DNA from: an uncultured Gemmatimonadaceae bacterium
GTDB lineage: Bacteria; Gemmatimonadota; Gemmatimonadetes; Gemmatimonadales; Gemmatimonadaceae
DNA: 64,000 bases
Direction of reading: 5' to 3'
Assembly: GCA_963790305.1 (NCBI GenBank)
Contig: CAWBOC010000005.1
Coordinates: 640,001 to 704,000, forward strand
A program made the position numbers and the translations under genes. The notes beneath the pieces were generated by a model. The model did no database searches and was not told the origin of the DNA. It was given only the letters and a program-made list of their open reading frames with translations. This document shows positions 1 through 10,721 of this stretch, piece after piece (position 1 is the first letter of the stretch; each line of letters starts with the position of its first letter).

Positions 1-666
1 ACCGGGATGCGGTGTCACGGATTCAAGGGCGGGATCGGCACCGCATCACGCCGCGTCGATGCGCGCGCGGGTGGATGGACGGTCGGTGTTCTGGTGCAGT
101 GCAACTACGGCGCTCGGCGCGAGCTCCGCGTGGCCGGCGTGCCGGTTGGGGAGGAGATTACCGATCTCATGTCGTGCATCGCGTCGGCGGACCAAAGCGT
201 TCGGCCGGCGGTGCCGCGCTGCGAGGCGCGCACGACCGCACCACGCGAGGAGGATGACGGCGCCGGCTCGATCATCATCGTCATCGCCACCGATGCACCA
301 CTGCTGCCGCACCAGCTCAAGCGGATCGTCACTCGAGCATCGCTGGCGGTGGGACGGATGGGTGGCAAGGGTGAGAACAGCTCGGGCGACATCTTCATCG
401 CCTTTTCAACCGCCAACCCGCGCACCGCGGCCGATACCGGAATCGTTCCGACCGCGATGCTGCCTAACGCGCGCATCAACCCGCTCTTCTACGCGACCGT
501 GCAGGCGACGGAGGAGGCCATCCTGAATGCGATGCTGGCCGCCGAGACCATGACGGGAGCAGATGATCTCCGCGTGCATGCCCTGCCGCACGACCGCCTG
601 CTCGCCGCAATGCGGAAGTATGGCAGGGCGCCACGGCGGCGCTCGGGAACTACCGGCTCACCTTGA
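1..666 (+). CDS. P1/S58 family peptidase (DmpA-like aminopeptidase), 5' end outside window
   Basis: Motifs [24 protein letters not shown] (autoprocessing G|S), [20 protein letters not shown]. Confidence 0.9.
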   Translation, partial: TGMRCHGFKGGIGTASRRVDARAGGWTVGVLVQCNYGARRELRVAGVPVGEEITDLMSCIASADQSVRPAVPRCEARTTAPREEDDGAGSIIIVIATDAPLLPHQLKRIVTRASLAVGRMGGKGENSSGDIFIAFSTANPRTAADTGIVPTAMLPNARINPLFYATVQATEEAILNAMLAAETMTGADDLRVHALPHDRLLAAMRKYGRAPRRRSGTTGSP

Positions 667-817
667 TCGGGATTTCCGCCGTCCACTGTGGAAAGGGCTC
701 ATACTCCAGCCCTCCGCTACCAGCGGAGCCAAAGCGCGGAGCCGTGAACCAGCCCCACAGAGTGGTGAACCGAGCGCTGATCGCGCGCTTTACCGTGTTC
801 TTTCGTTGGGATTTCAT
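650..817 (-). CDS. Small hypothetical protein, 55 aa ([55 protein letters not shown])
   Basis: Manually translated; GGAGG 4 nt before ATG; fills the intergenic gap; below ORF-track length cutoff. Confidence 0.55.
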   Translation of the reverse strand: MKSQRKNTVKRAISARFTTLWGWFTAPRFGSAGSGGLEYEPFPQWTAEIPIKVSR

Positions 818-873
818 AGTGCCTCCGAGTCGTCCTGTTAGCTAAACGACCGGGAGGCCCCGGGTGTTCCGCG

Positions 874-2673
874 TCACCGCATGGGAACAGGGGCACTCGG
901 TCTCGAGACGCCGCTCTCGTCGAACGACTCGATGGCGACCCAATAGTCCTGGTCGACGGTGAGGGCACGCAGCTCGAGCGTCGTCGGGCGGTCGGCGAAA
1001 ACCTGGTACGTCTGGTAGAGCTTGTTGGGCCGGAGACCCCACAGGATGTTGTAGCCGGTCGCGCCTGGCACTCGTGCCCAACCGATGAACGCGTTACGAC
1101 GATCGGTATCGCGGCGAGCCGTTAGGCCGCGAGGCGTAGCGGGGCCGCGTCCGTCGCCGTTGCCGAAGACGCGGATGTCGCCGATGGCGAGGTTCGCCCC
1201 ACCGACGTAACCATGCTCGTATCGGATGTAGCGTGCGCGCACGGGCGTTGGGAGCTCAATGTACGCGTTCGGCCGGTCGCGCGTCTCCGCGCTCAGGTCG
1301 GCGATCGTCTCCCACGCTCGCCCATCACGCGACGCGCGCATGCGGAATCGCGTGTACACCGTCGAGTCGTTGGCGAAGAGGCCGGCCTGATAGTCGATGT
1401 AGTTCACCTGCACCGCCTTCACCGTGTACTCGCGCTGGAGATCGATCTGGAGCCACTCGCTTGGCGCGGTCGACCGGGCGACCCAGAAGCTCTGGCGGTT
1501 CTCGTCCGTGATGTTCGAGGCAGGGAAGGTGTCGCGCACCGACGAGGCCGTGACCGGCTTGCGATACGACAGCAGCATCCACCCCGTGAACAGCTCGTCC
1601 TTGTTCGTCCACCTTCGCGTTGGCACATAATGAGGAAAGTCGCCGAAGCGCGTGTTGGCGAACATCTGCCCGTCAGCATCGAAGCCGGTGGGGAACATCG
1701 AGACGCGACGCTCGAACGTCCAGTTCACCGCCAGCCATGGCGTGCCTGTATTCCAGAAGTTGCCGTAGTTGTCCTGGAACGTGCTGCCGTGGCCAGCGCC
1801 GGTCATGAAGCCGCCCGGCTTGTACGCGACCGGATTGTAGGGCGCGTACGTGAACGGACCTAACGGGTCGTCGCCGACGTAGGTGCCGTTCGCGTAGACG
1901 TTGTACTCGGTGCCGGGTGCTCCGTACTGGAGGTAGTACTTCCCACCGTACTTCGTCATCCAGGCGCCTTCGAGGTACGGTCGAATGGTGTCGCGGTGAT
2001 CCTGCCCGAACCGTTCCCACCCATGCCGTGCCGGGTCGAGGGTGAAGAGCGGTTTGGGATCGCCGATGAAGGTGAGCCGCCTGCTCTTATCGAGCTCGAT
2101 GGCGTACAGGGGATACACGTTCGACGATCCCCAGTACAGGTACCACTTCTCGGAGTCTGGATCGTGAAAAATCGCGGGGTCCCACGGTCCGGGCGGCACC
2201 GAGCCGGGAGGTCCAGGCGGCGGCTCCCAGCTGGGCATCATCTTCGGAAGCCGAGGGAGCATCCGGTTGTAGAACTCGAGCCGGCCGGTCGCGGGCGCGG
2301 TCGAGAACAGGATGGGTCGCGGCTCGAACATCGACTGCATGAGGTACAGCGTGTCGCGGACCGACAACGCCGCTGGCGCCACCACGTTCTCGAATGGCCA
2401 GCGGCTCGGCGTCACGAAGCGCCAGTGCAGCAGATCCTTCGAGTGCCAGTACCCGTCCGAGACGGTCATGAACAGGAAATACTCCCCGCCATGGTTCACG
2501 ATCACGGGGTCAGCGCCCTGCCGGAAGGAGATGCCCTGATTGTGCTGCTCGAAGTTGTACCGGTAGTCGACGTCGATCGGGTTCGCGTACGTGCGAATGC
2601 CCGCCGTTTGGGCGCGCAGCGGAATCGCCGCGAAAAACAGGCAGACGACTGCAATCTTGTGTCGGAGGCGCAT
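874..2673 (-). CDS. Secreted GH43 glycoside hydrolase with F5/8 type C (discoidin) and FN3-like domains
   Basis: Signal peptide MRLRHKIAVVCLFFAAIPLRA-Q; YANP, GADP, WDPAIF, EGAW, GAGHGS; EWLQIDL discoidin motif. Confidence 0.88.
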   Translation of the reverse strand: MRLRHKIAVVCLFFAAIPLRAQTAGIRTYANPIDVDYRYNFEQHNQGISFRQGADPVIVNHGGEYFLFMTVSDGYWHSKDLLHWRFVTPSRWPFENVVAPAALSVRDTLYLMQSMFEPRPILFSTAPATGRLEFYNRMLPRLPKMMPSWEPPPGPPGSVPPGPWDPAIFHDPDSEKWYLYWGSSNVYPLYAIELDKSRRLTFIGDPKPLFTLDPARHGWERFGQDHRDTIRPYLEGAWMTKYGGKYYLQYGAPGTEYNVYANGTYVGDDPLGPFTYAPYNPVAYKPGGFMTGAGHGSTFQDNYGNFWNTGTPWLAVNWTFERRVSMFPTGFDADGQMFANTRFGDFPHYVPTRRWTNKDELFTGWMLLSYRKPVTASSVRDTFPASNITDENRQSFWVARSTAPSEWLQIDLQREYTVKAVQVNYIDYQAGLFANDSTVYTRFRMRASRDGRAWETIADLSAETRDRPNAYIELPTPVRARYIRYEHGYVGGANLAIGDIRVFGNGDGRGPATPRGLTARRDTDRRNAFIGWARVPGATGYNILWGLRPNKLYQTYQVFADRPTTLELRALTVDQDYWVAIESFDESGVSRPSAPVPMR

Positions 2674-2810
2674 GTCTTCTGCAAGCAACACGTGGACTAT
2701 TCGCAGACGCGGGTGGACCCTTAGACCCGCCTTAAGACAACGTCCGGGCGGGTGAGGTTGGCAAGATGTCAAGCTGCGCGTTTACAACACGAGGGACGCT
2801 CGGGGGGAGA

Positions 2811-3774
2811 ATGACGCTGATTGGATACCACGCCTCGCACGAGCAGTATCCGCCGAGCGAGCTGCTAGCGTACGTGCGCGCTGCCGACGCCGCGGGCTTC
2901 CAGGGTGTCATGTGCGCCGACCACTTTCATCCATGGTTGGAGGAGAACGGCCACAGCGGGTTCGCGTGGTCGTGGCTCGGCGCTGCGCTCCAGGCGACGT
3001 CGTTCCCGTTCGGCGTGGTGAACGCGCCGGGCGACCGCTATCACCCCGCGATCATCGCGCAGGCCGCCGCAACGCTCGCCGAGATGTTCCCGGGGCGCTT
3101 CTGGATGGCTGCCGGGAGTGGGGAGGCGCTCAACGAGCACATCACCGGCAACCGCTGGCCGCCGAAGCCCGAACGGAATGAGCGCCTCCGGGAGTGCGTC
3201 GACATCATGCGCGCGCTCTGGCGCGGCGAGACAGTCACGCACTACGGGCGTGTCACCGTCGAAGAATGCCTTCCTCTACTCTCGCCCCCAGGAGCCGCCT
3301 CGTCTCGTCGGCGCAGCCATCTCGGAGCCGACCGCGGAATGGCTCGGCGGGTGGGCGGATGGCCTCATCACGACGGGCCGACCGAGGGAGGGGATGGACC
3401 GGATGATCGAAGCGTTCCACCGCGGCGGGGGTGAGGGGAAGCCGATCATCGTGCAGCATGGTTTGTCGTGGGCACCGCGCGAAGCGGACGCGCTCCGGCA
3501 CGCGCACGAGCAGTGGCGCTTCAGCACGCTGGCGGGCGACGTGCTCTGGACGCTTCGGATGCCGGACGAGTTCCGCTCCGCCTCGCAGTTCGTGACGCCC
3601 GACGATGTGGCTCGCACCATTCGCGTTTCCTCGGATGTGGAGCGCCACGTGGCGTGGATCAATGAATACGTTGAAGCCGGTGTAAACGAAGTGTATTGCT
3701 TCAATGTCGGGAAGAATCAGCGGGAGTTCATCGACCTGTTCGGGGGTCGCGCGCTACCGGCGCTGCGACACTGA
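2811..3774 (+). CDS. LLM-class flavin-dependent oxidoreductase (frameshift ~3265)
   Basis: IGYHASHEQ, ADHFHPW, YHPAIIAQAAATL, GSGEALNE; ORFs 2766..3434 and 3118..3774 join at VEE/AFLYSRP. Confidence 0.88.
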
Positions 3775-3858
3775 TCAGGCGCCGAGCAACCATTCACTGC
3801 TTGCTGACATCTAAGAGAGGGCCCGTTGGAAACAACGCGATGCGCCATGACGTAGCGA

Positions 3859-6800
3859 GTGAAGATCGCTGATCCGGCCGAGGTCCCTGTGAGCCGCACC
3901 TGGTCATTCGAGTCAGACCGTCAGAAGAAGGGTGCGCGCCTCACACTGCTTCTCGTCATCGCGCTCGCTGCGCTCGCCGTGTGGAAGCCGACGTGGCAGT
4001 GGTTTCCCATCGGCCTCGTCTTCCTCCTCCTCCTTGCCCTGTGCGTCGCCATCGCTCCGGTCCGACGGCGCTTCTTTCCCGGTCATCCCGTTGTGCCGTG
4101 GAGCCTGCTCGTCGCGACGTCGTGGGTGTTCGTCATCCACAGCTACTACGTCGAGCTGCGCCGGCAGCGCAGTGAGCGCCTCGAGCTGCTTGGTGTTCAG
4201 CTGCCAGGATCGCAAACCCGCGCGCTCACGGTCGGCGTCGACGATTCGCTCGACGTACGCCTCGAGCGCGCGACAGATCCGACGATCCGCTGGCGCCTGG
4301 CGCTTGCGCTCACCCCCGACGGCAAGATCGGCGTCAAGGAAATGCGCGGCATCGACGCGTTGCAGCAGCAGGAGCGGCTGACCTCGCCCGCATCGCGCTT
4401 CTTCGACTGGTTAGGCATCCGGCGGCGCGAATGGCCCCACGTGTGGGGCGCCGAGCTGAGTGAGCGCGCGCCGCAGGTTCGACTCTCGCCGGAGCATCGC
4501 TTCGCGTTCCAGCGGATCGATGGCCGGCCGGTTCTCGTCTGGAATCGCGTGCGACTCCCGCTGCTCCAGGAAGAGAACGGCGATCCGGCGATCGAGGTGC
4601 GAAATCGCCGCATGCTCGCAAGGCTCCGCGGCGGCGTGCGTATCGCGGAGCTTCCATGGCCGATCCTGCCCGATCCGCTCCTGGCACCGCAGCTCGCGGT
4701 CACGCTCGTCTCGCAGCCGCGGGAAAAGCTGGGGTGGACAGACCCGTTCGGGCTCCTTCCTCAATGGGAATTCCGCCTCACGTCCACCCGTAGCGCGCTC
4801 CCAGTGCTCGAGCGCGGCGATTCGCTCCGGGTGCGAGCGGGAGGAGCGCACTGGGTGCTGGCGGTCGACGCCCGCCGTCGCACCGCCTACGGCGCGAGCG
4901 ACATCACCGTCGGGTTCGGTCGCGGACCGAGCCCTCGGCTCGGCTGGCTTCCGGCGAATGAGGTGTGCAGACCGATCGACCGGTGCACGCTCATCAGCAG
5001 CCGGTCGCTTCCGCCGACGATTCCTCACTTCGACATTGCCGGCTTCGGTCTCGATACGTCGCGGTTCTCCTTCCTCGCCCGCGTGTCGGCCGTCGGCGAC
5101 CGATACGTCGTCATCACGCCGGAACGCGAATACGCGGCCGCCACCGGCGAGGAGCTGCTCGTGCCGGCGCGCGCGTCAGGCCGTGATCAGGGGTGGTACC
5201 GCTTCCGCGTCTTCAAGATGGAGAGCGGGGAGCTCGCCTCACTTCTGCTCACCCTCGCTGGTCTGGCGCTCATGATGGCCGGCGCGGGGGTGCTCATCGC
5301 CCGCTCCGGCCGCGTACGAGATCTGCTCGAGCGGGACACGGTAGCGGTGAACGCGGCGTGGGCGATTGCCAGTCTCGCCGTCGTGTTGCTCGGGGTTCGG
5401 CTCGCGCTGGGCTACCGGGTGAGCTATGCCGCCCCGTATCACGCGCGGGGAGCGGATACCGCCGTCGGGCTCTGGGTGGTTCTGATCGTGACGACGACAG
5501 CGCTCCTGCGCTGGGATGCGTGGGGCTCTCGGGTGCTCGACGGCCTCTACCGGCTCGAGCGCAGTATGCGGATCCGCACGCGCGTCACCGCGCTCGCCGT
5601 GGTTCCCCGCGTGCGATGGGCCAGTGTCCTGCCGCGCTCGTCAGGCTCGTGGAAGGGGTGGCTCCCCCTCCTCGCCGGCGTGACACTCGTTATGTACCAG
5701 CGCCCGGGTACCTTTGCTGGAGCTGGTGGCGTCATCTCGCTGACGTTGCTGGCGTGGGTCCTGGTCGAGTATCTCACGGCCCAGCGGAAGACACGCCGGA
5801 CCATCGACACGGCAGGTACGGTGTTGTCGTCCGAGGACCTGGAGTATGACCGGGCCCGGTGGGCGGCGCTCGCGTTGATCACCTTCGGCATTCCGCTCAG
5901 CGTCCTGGTGCGCGATGTCGCGCTCGTCATGACGATCGCGATCACCGCGGTGCTGTTGATCGCGATCGTGGTCACGCAGGTCATCACCCGGCTCGACTCA
6001 CGCGCCCAGGCCGTCTCGTTAGAGGGCGGAGAGGGGACACCGTCCCGGTGGGGCGCGGTCACGATGGTGCTGCTGTTGCTGACGGCGCTCAACCTCGCGA
6101 TGCTCTGGGTCGAGGGCCCGACGCTCCTCTTCGTCGGCGTATTCTTTCTCTTTCTGCTCGCGGTGCGCCTCGGCCATCACCTTGGCGCCTCGCTCACTCG
6201 GCTTCACATCGCGCGCGCGCTCACCGTCGCCAGCGTGCTCCTGGCGGCGATGTTTCTCGTCGTGTCGATCGACTTCGGCCTCGTTCTCGTGGTCGGGCTG
6301 CCGCTGCTCGTAACGCTCCTGCTGTCGGTGGGGATCGATCGCGTCCCGACTCGACTCGCCGTGGTCGCCGGCGGGCTGGCTGTGGTCGGGGGCATTCTCG
6401 CGTGGCCGGCGCTGTCCCCTGACACGGATCGGCTGTCGGCCGAGCAGACGCCTCACGAGACCGACGCGGCGTTCGCATCGCTGGGCGGCCCGCTCCGTCA
6501 CGTGCCGGGCTTCGCCGATCCGGTGAGGCGATCGGTCGTTCGCGGCCTCGCCGCGTTCCATCCCGACCTGCTCGAACGCGTCCTCGCGCGCGCAGGACCA
6601 AGCCCGGCCCGAGAGGAGATCGTGCCAGCGCTGGAACAGGTCTGGGGAGGACGCGCGTATTCGGCCAGCGGCCTCGCCGGACACGGATTGGCCGGGCCAA
6701 CCGTGATCGGTCGTGGCGTGCCGGCCGCCGTGTCGGACGCGGAGAACGCCTTCTCCGTCTACCTCATTGCCGAGCACGGATTCCTGGGAGGTCTGGCGGT

Positions 6801-7116
6801 GCTCGCGGCGTACATCGTCATGGCGATCGTGCCGCTGGTGGTGCTGTGGTCGATCTATCGCGGGTCGCCTGACGTGAACCGCCCCGACGACACCGCGATC
6901 GCCGTGCTCGTCGGCGGCATTCTCCTGATCACGGTTCCCGCGGTCTACGTCGCCGCGTCCAACCTGGCGATGGTGCCGCTCACCGGGCAGAACATGCCCT
7001 TCCTCGGGCTGAATGCATGGAGTGACGTCACGTTCGTGGGCGGAATCATTACCGCCATTCTCGCGGTGCTGCTCGACACGTCGCTCGTCACGGACAATCG
7101 GGAGCGAGTCGCATGA
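3859..7116 (+). CDS. Very large membrane protein with C-terminal SEDS (FtsW/RodA/SpoVE)-like domain
   Basis: Many TM segments; DFG, SDAENAFSVYLIAEHGFLG, SNLAMVPLTGQNMPFLG resemble SEDS DLG, HTDF..EExG and PxTGxxLPFxS motifs. Confidence 0.72.
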   Translation: MKIADPAEVPVSRTWSFESDRQKKGARLTLLLVIALAALAVWKPTWQWFPIGLVFLLLLALCVAIAPVRRRFFPGHPVVPWSLLVATSWVFVIHSYYVELRRQRSERLELLGVQLPGSQTRALTVGVDDSLDVRLERATDPTIRWRLALALTPDGKIGVKEMRGIDALQQQERLTSPASRFFDWLGIRRREWPHVWGAELSERAPQVRLSPEHRFAFQRIDGRPVLVWNRVRLPLLQEENGDPAIEVRNRRMLARLRGGVRIAELPWPILPDPLLAPQLAVTLVSQPREKLGWTDPFGLLPQWEFRLTSTRSALPVLERGDSLRVRAGGAHWVLAVDARRRTAYGASDITVGFGRGPSPRLGWLPANEVCRPIDRCTLISSRSLPPTIPHFDIAGFGLDTSRFSFLARVSAVGDRYVVITPEREYAAATGEELLVPARASGRDQGWYRFRVFKMESGELASLLLTLAGLALMMAGAGVLIARSGRVRDLLERDTVAVNAAWAIASLAVVLLGVRLALGYRVSYAAPYHARGADTAVGLWVVLIVTTTALLRWDAWGSRVLDGLYRLERSMRIRTRVTALAVVPRVRWASVLPRSSGSWKGWLPLLAGVTLVMYQRPGTFAGAGGVISLTLLAWVLVEYLTAQRKTRRTIDTAGTVLSSEDLEYDRARWAALALITFGIPLSVLVRDVALVMTIAITAVLLIAIVVTQVITRLDSRAQAVSLEGGEGTPSRWGAVTMVLLLLTALNLAMLWVEGPTLLFVGVFFLFLLAVRLGHHLGASLTRLHIARALTVASVLLAAMFLVVSIDFGLVLVVGLPLLVTLLLSVGIDRVPTRLAVVAGGLAVVGGILAWPALSPDTDRLSAEQTPHETDAAFASLGGPLRHVPGFADPVRRSVVRGLAAFHPDLLERVLARAGPSPAREEIVPALEQVWGGRAYSASGLAGHGLAGPTVIGRGVPAAVSDAENAFSVYLIAEHGFLGGLAVLAAYIVMAIVPLVVLWSIYRGSPDVNRPDDTAIAVLVGGILLITVPAVYVAASNLAMVPLTGQNMPFLGLNAWSDVTFVGGIITAILAVLLDTSLVTDNRERVA

Positions 7117-9560
7117 CGCGCCGACTCCGCATCATCTCCCTGCTGATTCCCGCGCTCGTGCTGTGCGGTGTGCTCGCGGCCTTCGGCTTCGTCGTCGTCC
7201 GACTGTACCAGTCGGCGTATGACCAGCGCGCCCGCGGACCACTGCTGTATCGCGCCCTCGAGGAGGAGCTCGCCGCCGGGCTCGAGCCGAGCGATAGCTC
7301 GCTCCGGCGCGCCATCATCGTGAACGAAGACTCCGCGCTGCTTCGGCGGCGCGGGGCGCTCCTGACGATACGCTTCGATACGCTCGCGATCGTGGACACC
7401 GGCCAATCGCCGTCCCTTCGCGAGGGCGGTTTCGTCGCCGATCACGTGCACCGCTACAACACGATCCAGCGCAGGCGCGTGCGCGACGTGCAGGATCGCT
7501 TCACGCGTCGCGCCGCGAGTCTCGGTCCACTGGTGGATCTTCGCGAGAAGGAAAACCCGTCGGTCTTCCGGACGCGCATTCGTTTCATCGACGACTCGTC
7601 AGGCGAGCGCTACCGGAGCACGCTGAGCTCTCGCGCTGCGACGACCGGAATGCGCGTCGCCTCCCCGTTCGAGTCGAGACGAGAGGTGATGATCACTGCT
7701 CGTCGAGCCACTGAGCGCTTTGCGTTTGTCGGGCTGGACACGACGGTCACGCTCACCGGCAAAGGCACGACGCCGGGCGGCCGCCGTGGCTGCACCTTTC
7801 TCGTCCGTGAGGACTCGGCCGGGATTCAGTGTCGGAAGCCGGGGGCCGCGCGCCCGGAAATCCTGATCGCGCTCGATAGTCAGGGGCATCCCGGCTCATT
7901 GCGGATGTTCCGCCGCGACAGCGTCTTTTATGATGGCAAGCTCGTGCCTCACGGACCACGGCTGCCGATTCGCCGCGGTGGACTCTTTCGCTTGCCGTCG
8001 CGCATTCTCGGCCAGCCTGGCGAGCCGATGGCGCTCGAGCAGACCGTGTCCGGCATTCTCGCCGGCACGCAGTGGGTGAACGGGCGCGTCGTGTGGCGAC
8101 AGAATGCGGATTGGGACACGCCGATCGCGCGGCAGCTGGTGTCGGCGAGCGGATTCGGGCTCATGTCGGCGCTCTCGACTCCGCGCATCGTCCCGCTGAG
8201 CCTGGACGAGCAGCTGTCGCGCGAGCTGCAGGCGGAGCTTGAAGCGTTCATCAAGGCGCAGCCGCAGGCACGAGACCTCTCGTTTGCCGTCGGGGTCATC
8301 GCGAATCTGGCGAGTGGCGAGATCCTCGCGGCGCCCGAAGTGAATCATCGCTACGCCGACGCACCCAGCAGCGTGCTCCGCAGCGTCAACGTCGGGTCGG
8401 CGATCAAGCCGCTGCTTGCTGCAGCGACGCTCGTGTCGTTTCCGGAGCTCGCATCGCTTCAGATCCGCAACCCCGGGGGCAGAGTCAGCGAGCTGTGGGG
8501 GTATCCTCTCTCGAGCGACTTCGAGACAGGCAGCCGCTGCGCGGCTGGATGGATCGACCTGCGCCGTTTCCTCGAGTGCTCGAGTAATGTGTACGCGGCG
8601 AGCCTGGTCAGCGCCGGGCTGCAGCCACGGACCAATGGCCACGTGGTGCTCGAGAATCGCTCCGGTGCCGTGTATCGGCTGGGGGCACGAGAGGAATCCG
8701 ATCGCCAACCGCGTCTCCCGCTCGAGCCCGACCTGGCAATTCATCCGGAATCGCTTTTCGCGAGCGTTCTCTCGCACGGGCTCCATGAGCTCTTCGGAAT
8801 CACCACATCGCTCGAGGAAGCCAGCGTCGACCCGGGTGACTCGTCGGTATGGGAAGGATTGAGTGACGCTGCTGGGCATCCGGTACGTGTGCCGAGCGGT
8901 CTCTGGCCTGACCGCGGGCGTGTGGGACTGGCGTATCAGGGACGGCGGTCCACGCTGCGGCGGTTGGCGGCGGTGGCGATCGGCGCCGGGGAAGCGCGAT
9001 TGACGCCGATCGACCTCACGCAGGCGTTTGGACGACTCGTGAGTGATCGCACGCTCGTGCTGCGATTCGTGCCGGCGGACGCCGACACGACGCCGGCGCC
9101 TAACCACGGCCTCAGAGCTCAGCGGTGGTACCCGACGTTCATGGCTGGCTTGCGCGGCGTCGGCGAGACCGGGACCGCCGCGGGAACGGGCACTATCGTG
9201 AGGCGCGTGTTGGGACCGAACGTCGTGTTCTATGGGAAGACGGGCACGCTCAACGCGCCTGCGTCCGCATTGCGGAGATCGCCGGATACGGTCGTAATGG
9301 TCGATCCGGTGGTCGCGACGACGCTCGTGTTCGCGGTTGGCAATGCGCCGAGGAATGGAGGGTCAGCGCTCAGCTGCGGATTCGTGGGCACCGTCTACTT
9401 CCGACTCAATCGCGAAGTCGATCGCGTGGAGCCGCTCGCGACCGCGTTCGCGAACCAGCGGCTGTGGCCCGTGCTGCGAAAGCACTGGAGCCGGCTCGTG
9501 GTGTGTCCCGCCCCCAGACAAAGCCGCTCGTCCAACGCCCGCTTTACCGCCTCGCGGTGA
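7113..9560 (+). CDS. Penicillin-binding transpeptidase-domain protein (atypical class B-like PBP)
   Basis: N-terminal TM anchor; SxxK (GSAIKP), SxN (CSSN), KTG (GKTGT); ATGA overlap with upstream gene. Confidence 0.8.
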   Translation: MTRRLRIISLLIPALVLCGVLAAFGFVVVRLYQSAYDQRARGPLLYRALEEELAAGLEPSDSSLRRAIIVNEDSALLRRRGALLTIRFDTLAIVDTGQSPSLREGGFVADHVHRYNTIQRRRVRDVQDRFTRRAASLGPLVDLREKENPSVFRTRIRFIDDSSGERYRSTLSSRAATTGMRVASPFESRREVMITARRATERFAFVGLDTTVTLTGKGTTPGGRRGCTFLVREDSAGIQCRKPGAARPEILIALDSQGHPGSLRMFRRDSVFYDGKLVPHGPRLPIRRGGLFRLPSRILGQPGEPMALEQTVSGILAGTQWVNGRVVWRQNADWDTPIARQLVSASGFGLMSALSTPRIVPLSLDEQLSRELQAELEAFIKAQPQARDLSFAVGVIANLASGEILAAPEVNHRYADAPSSVLRSVNVGSAIKPLLAAATLVSFPELASLQIRNPGGRVSELWGYPLSSDFETGSRCAAGWIDLRRFLECSSNVYAASLVSAGLQPRTNGHVVLENRSGAVYRLGAREESDRQPRLPLEPDLAIHPESLFASVLSHGLHELFGITTSLEEASVDPGDSSVWEGLSDAAGHPVRVPSGLWPDRGRVGLAYQGRRSTLRRLAAVAIGAGEARLTPIDLTQAFGRLVSDRTLVLRFVPADADTTPAPNHGLRAQRWYPTFMAGLRGVGETGTAAGTGTIVRRVLGPNVVFYGKTGTLNAPASALRRSPDTVVMVDPVVATTLVFAVGNAPRNGGSALSCGFVGTVYFRLNREVDRVEPLATAFANQRLWPVLRKHWSRLVVCPAPRQSRSSNARFTASR

Positions 9561-9568
9561 ACCAACGG

Positions 9569-10012
9569 CTAGATCCCGAACTGCCTGAAGTGGTGGTCGG
9601 TGTGCCGGTACCCTAACAGTCCCCACGCCCACCCGGGTAGGCGTCCGAAGAACGGATGCTCCGGCCAGCGAAGATTGCGAGCGCGGTCGCCGAACGTTTC
9701 GATGTTGTCGTGGAGGCGCGCAAGCTCGACCTCCCACTCGTCGGGCGAGCGCGCAAGCAACTCTCGAGGGGTCGGGGCGTTGCGGGGGAAGGGAAGCAGG
9801 CATGCAACGAGATAGTTGATGGGCGGGACCCCGAGCCACGTCCTCCGCCGTCTCGTTATCAACTCGCCATAGCCAAGCGAAAACCCATCGTTCACGTGCG
9901 CAAGCATCTGCCGCACGCTCATGCGCCCCCACCGCGGACGCGCATCGGGGGCAAGTCGGCTCAGCCGAGAGAGCAGAGCGACGCGTGCTTTGGACTGGAA
10001 CAGAGAGCGCAC
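9569..10012 (-). CDS. DUF1569/DinB-like protein
   Basis: WGRMSVRQMLAH, HPFFG, W..L.YRHTDHHFRQFG. Confidence 0.85.
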   Translation of the reverse strand: MRSLFQSKARVALLSRLSRLAPDARPRWGRMSVRQMLAHVNDGFSLGYGELITRRRRTWLGVPPINYLVACLLPFPRNAPTPRELLARSPDEWEVELARLHDNIETFGDRARNLRWPEHPFFGRLPGWAWGLLGYRHTDHHFRQFGI

Positions 10013-10219
10013 GAGTGTATCAGCGAGACGTGACTCGCAGGTGGGTCAGCAACCAATGCAGCATCTCCTCGCGCGAAGCCACGTGTGCTTTGAAGCTAAC
10101 ACTCAGCCGATCGAGTGCCCCGGCGGCGTTGCAGCAAGTCACGTGATCGGCGCACGCCCCCAACGTGCGGCACCACGAAGTGTTGTCGAGGCGGCGGGTA
10201 ACTGACCGAGCCTCGGCGC

Positions 10220-10721
10220 GTTGTGACCAGGTGAGCATCGTGGTCGAGCTTGAGCCCGGTCGATCTCGGCGGTCTCGTGCGAGACGTTGCCCGATCCACC
10301 GGATCACTGGCGATGGCGAAAGGGCTGGCGATCACCAGCGAGATCCCCGAGGGTCACATGCCCATGGTGACCGACGCGACGACGGTGCGGCAAATCCTCG
10401 TCACCTGCTCGAAACGCGATTCGCTACACCGATCGGGGCCGGGTGATACTCCGGGCACGCGTGGACGCGCACACCGTCATCTTCGAGGTGGAGGACACAG
10501 GCATTGGGATCGCGCCCGAACCCATCGGGCCGATCTTCGAGCGGTTCTGGCAAGTCGATCAAACCAATACGAAGCTGCGCGGCGGTACGGGGCTCGGGCT
10601 GGTGGTCACCCGCGACCTGGCGCGCGCGTTAGGCGGTGACGTCGAAGTGGAGAGTGCCCTCGGGCGGGGAAGCCTCTTCCGGGGGCGGCTCTCGCGCGAC
10701 ACCCCCGTTCCCGGCGCTTAG
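10220..10721 (+). pseudogene. Fragment of histidine kinase ATPase (HATPase_c) domain, frameshifted
   Basis: VDLGGLVRDV..RQILV, VEDTGIGI, IFERFWQ, GGTGLGL split over several frames; no H-box or start codon evident. Confidence 0.7.

Noticed and set aside
667..870. tRNA or known ncRNA in the first intergenic gap
   Set aside because: No cloverleaf or T-loop signature; better explained by the 55-aa minus-strand ORF.
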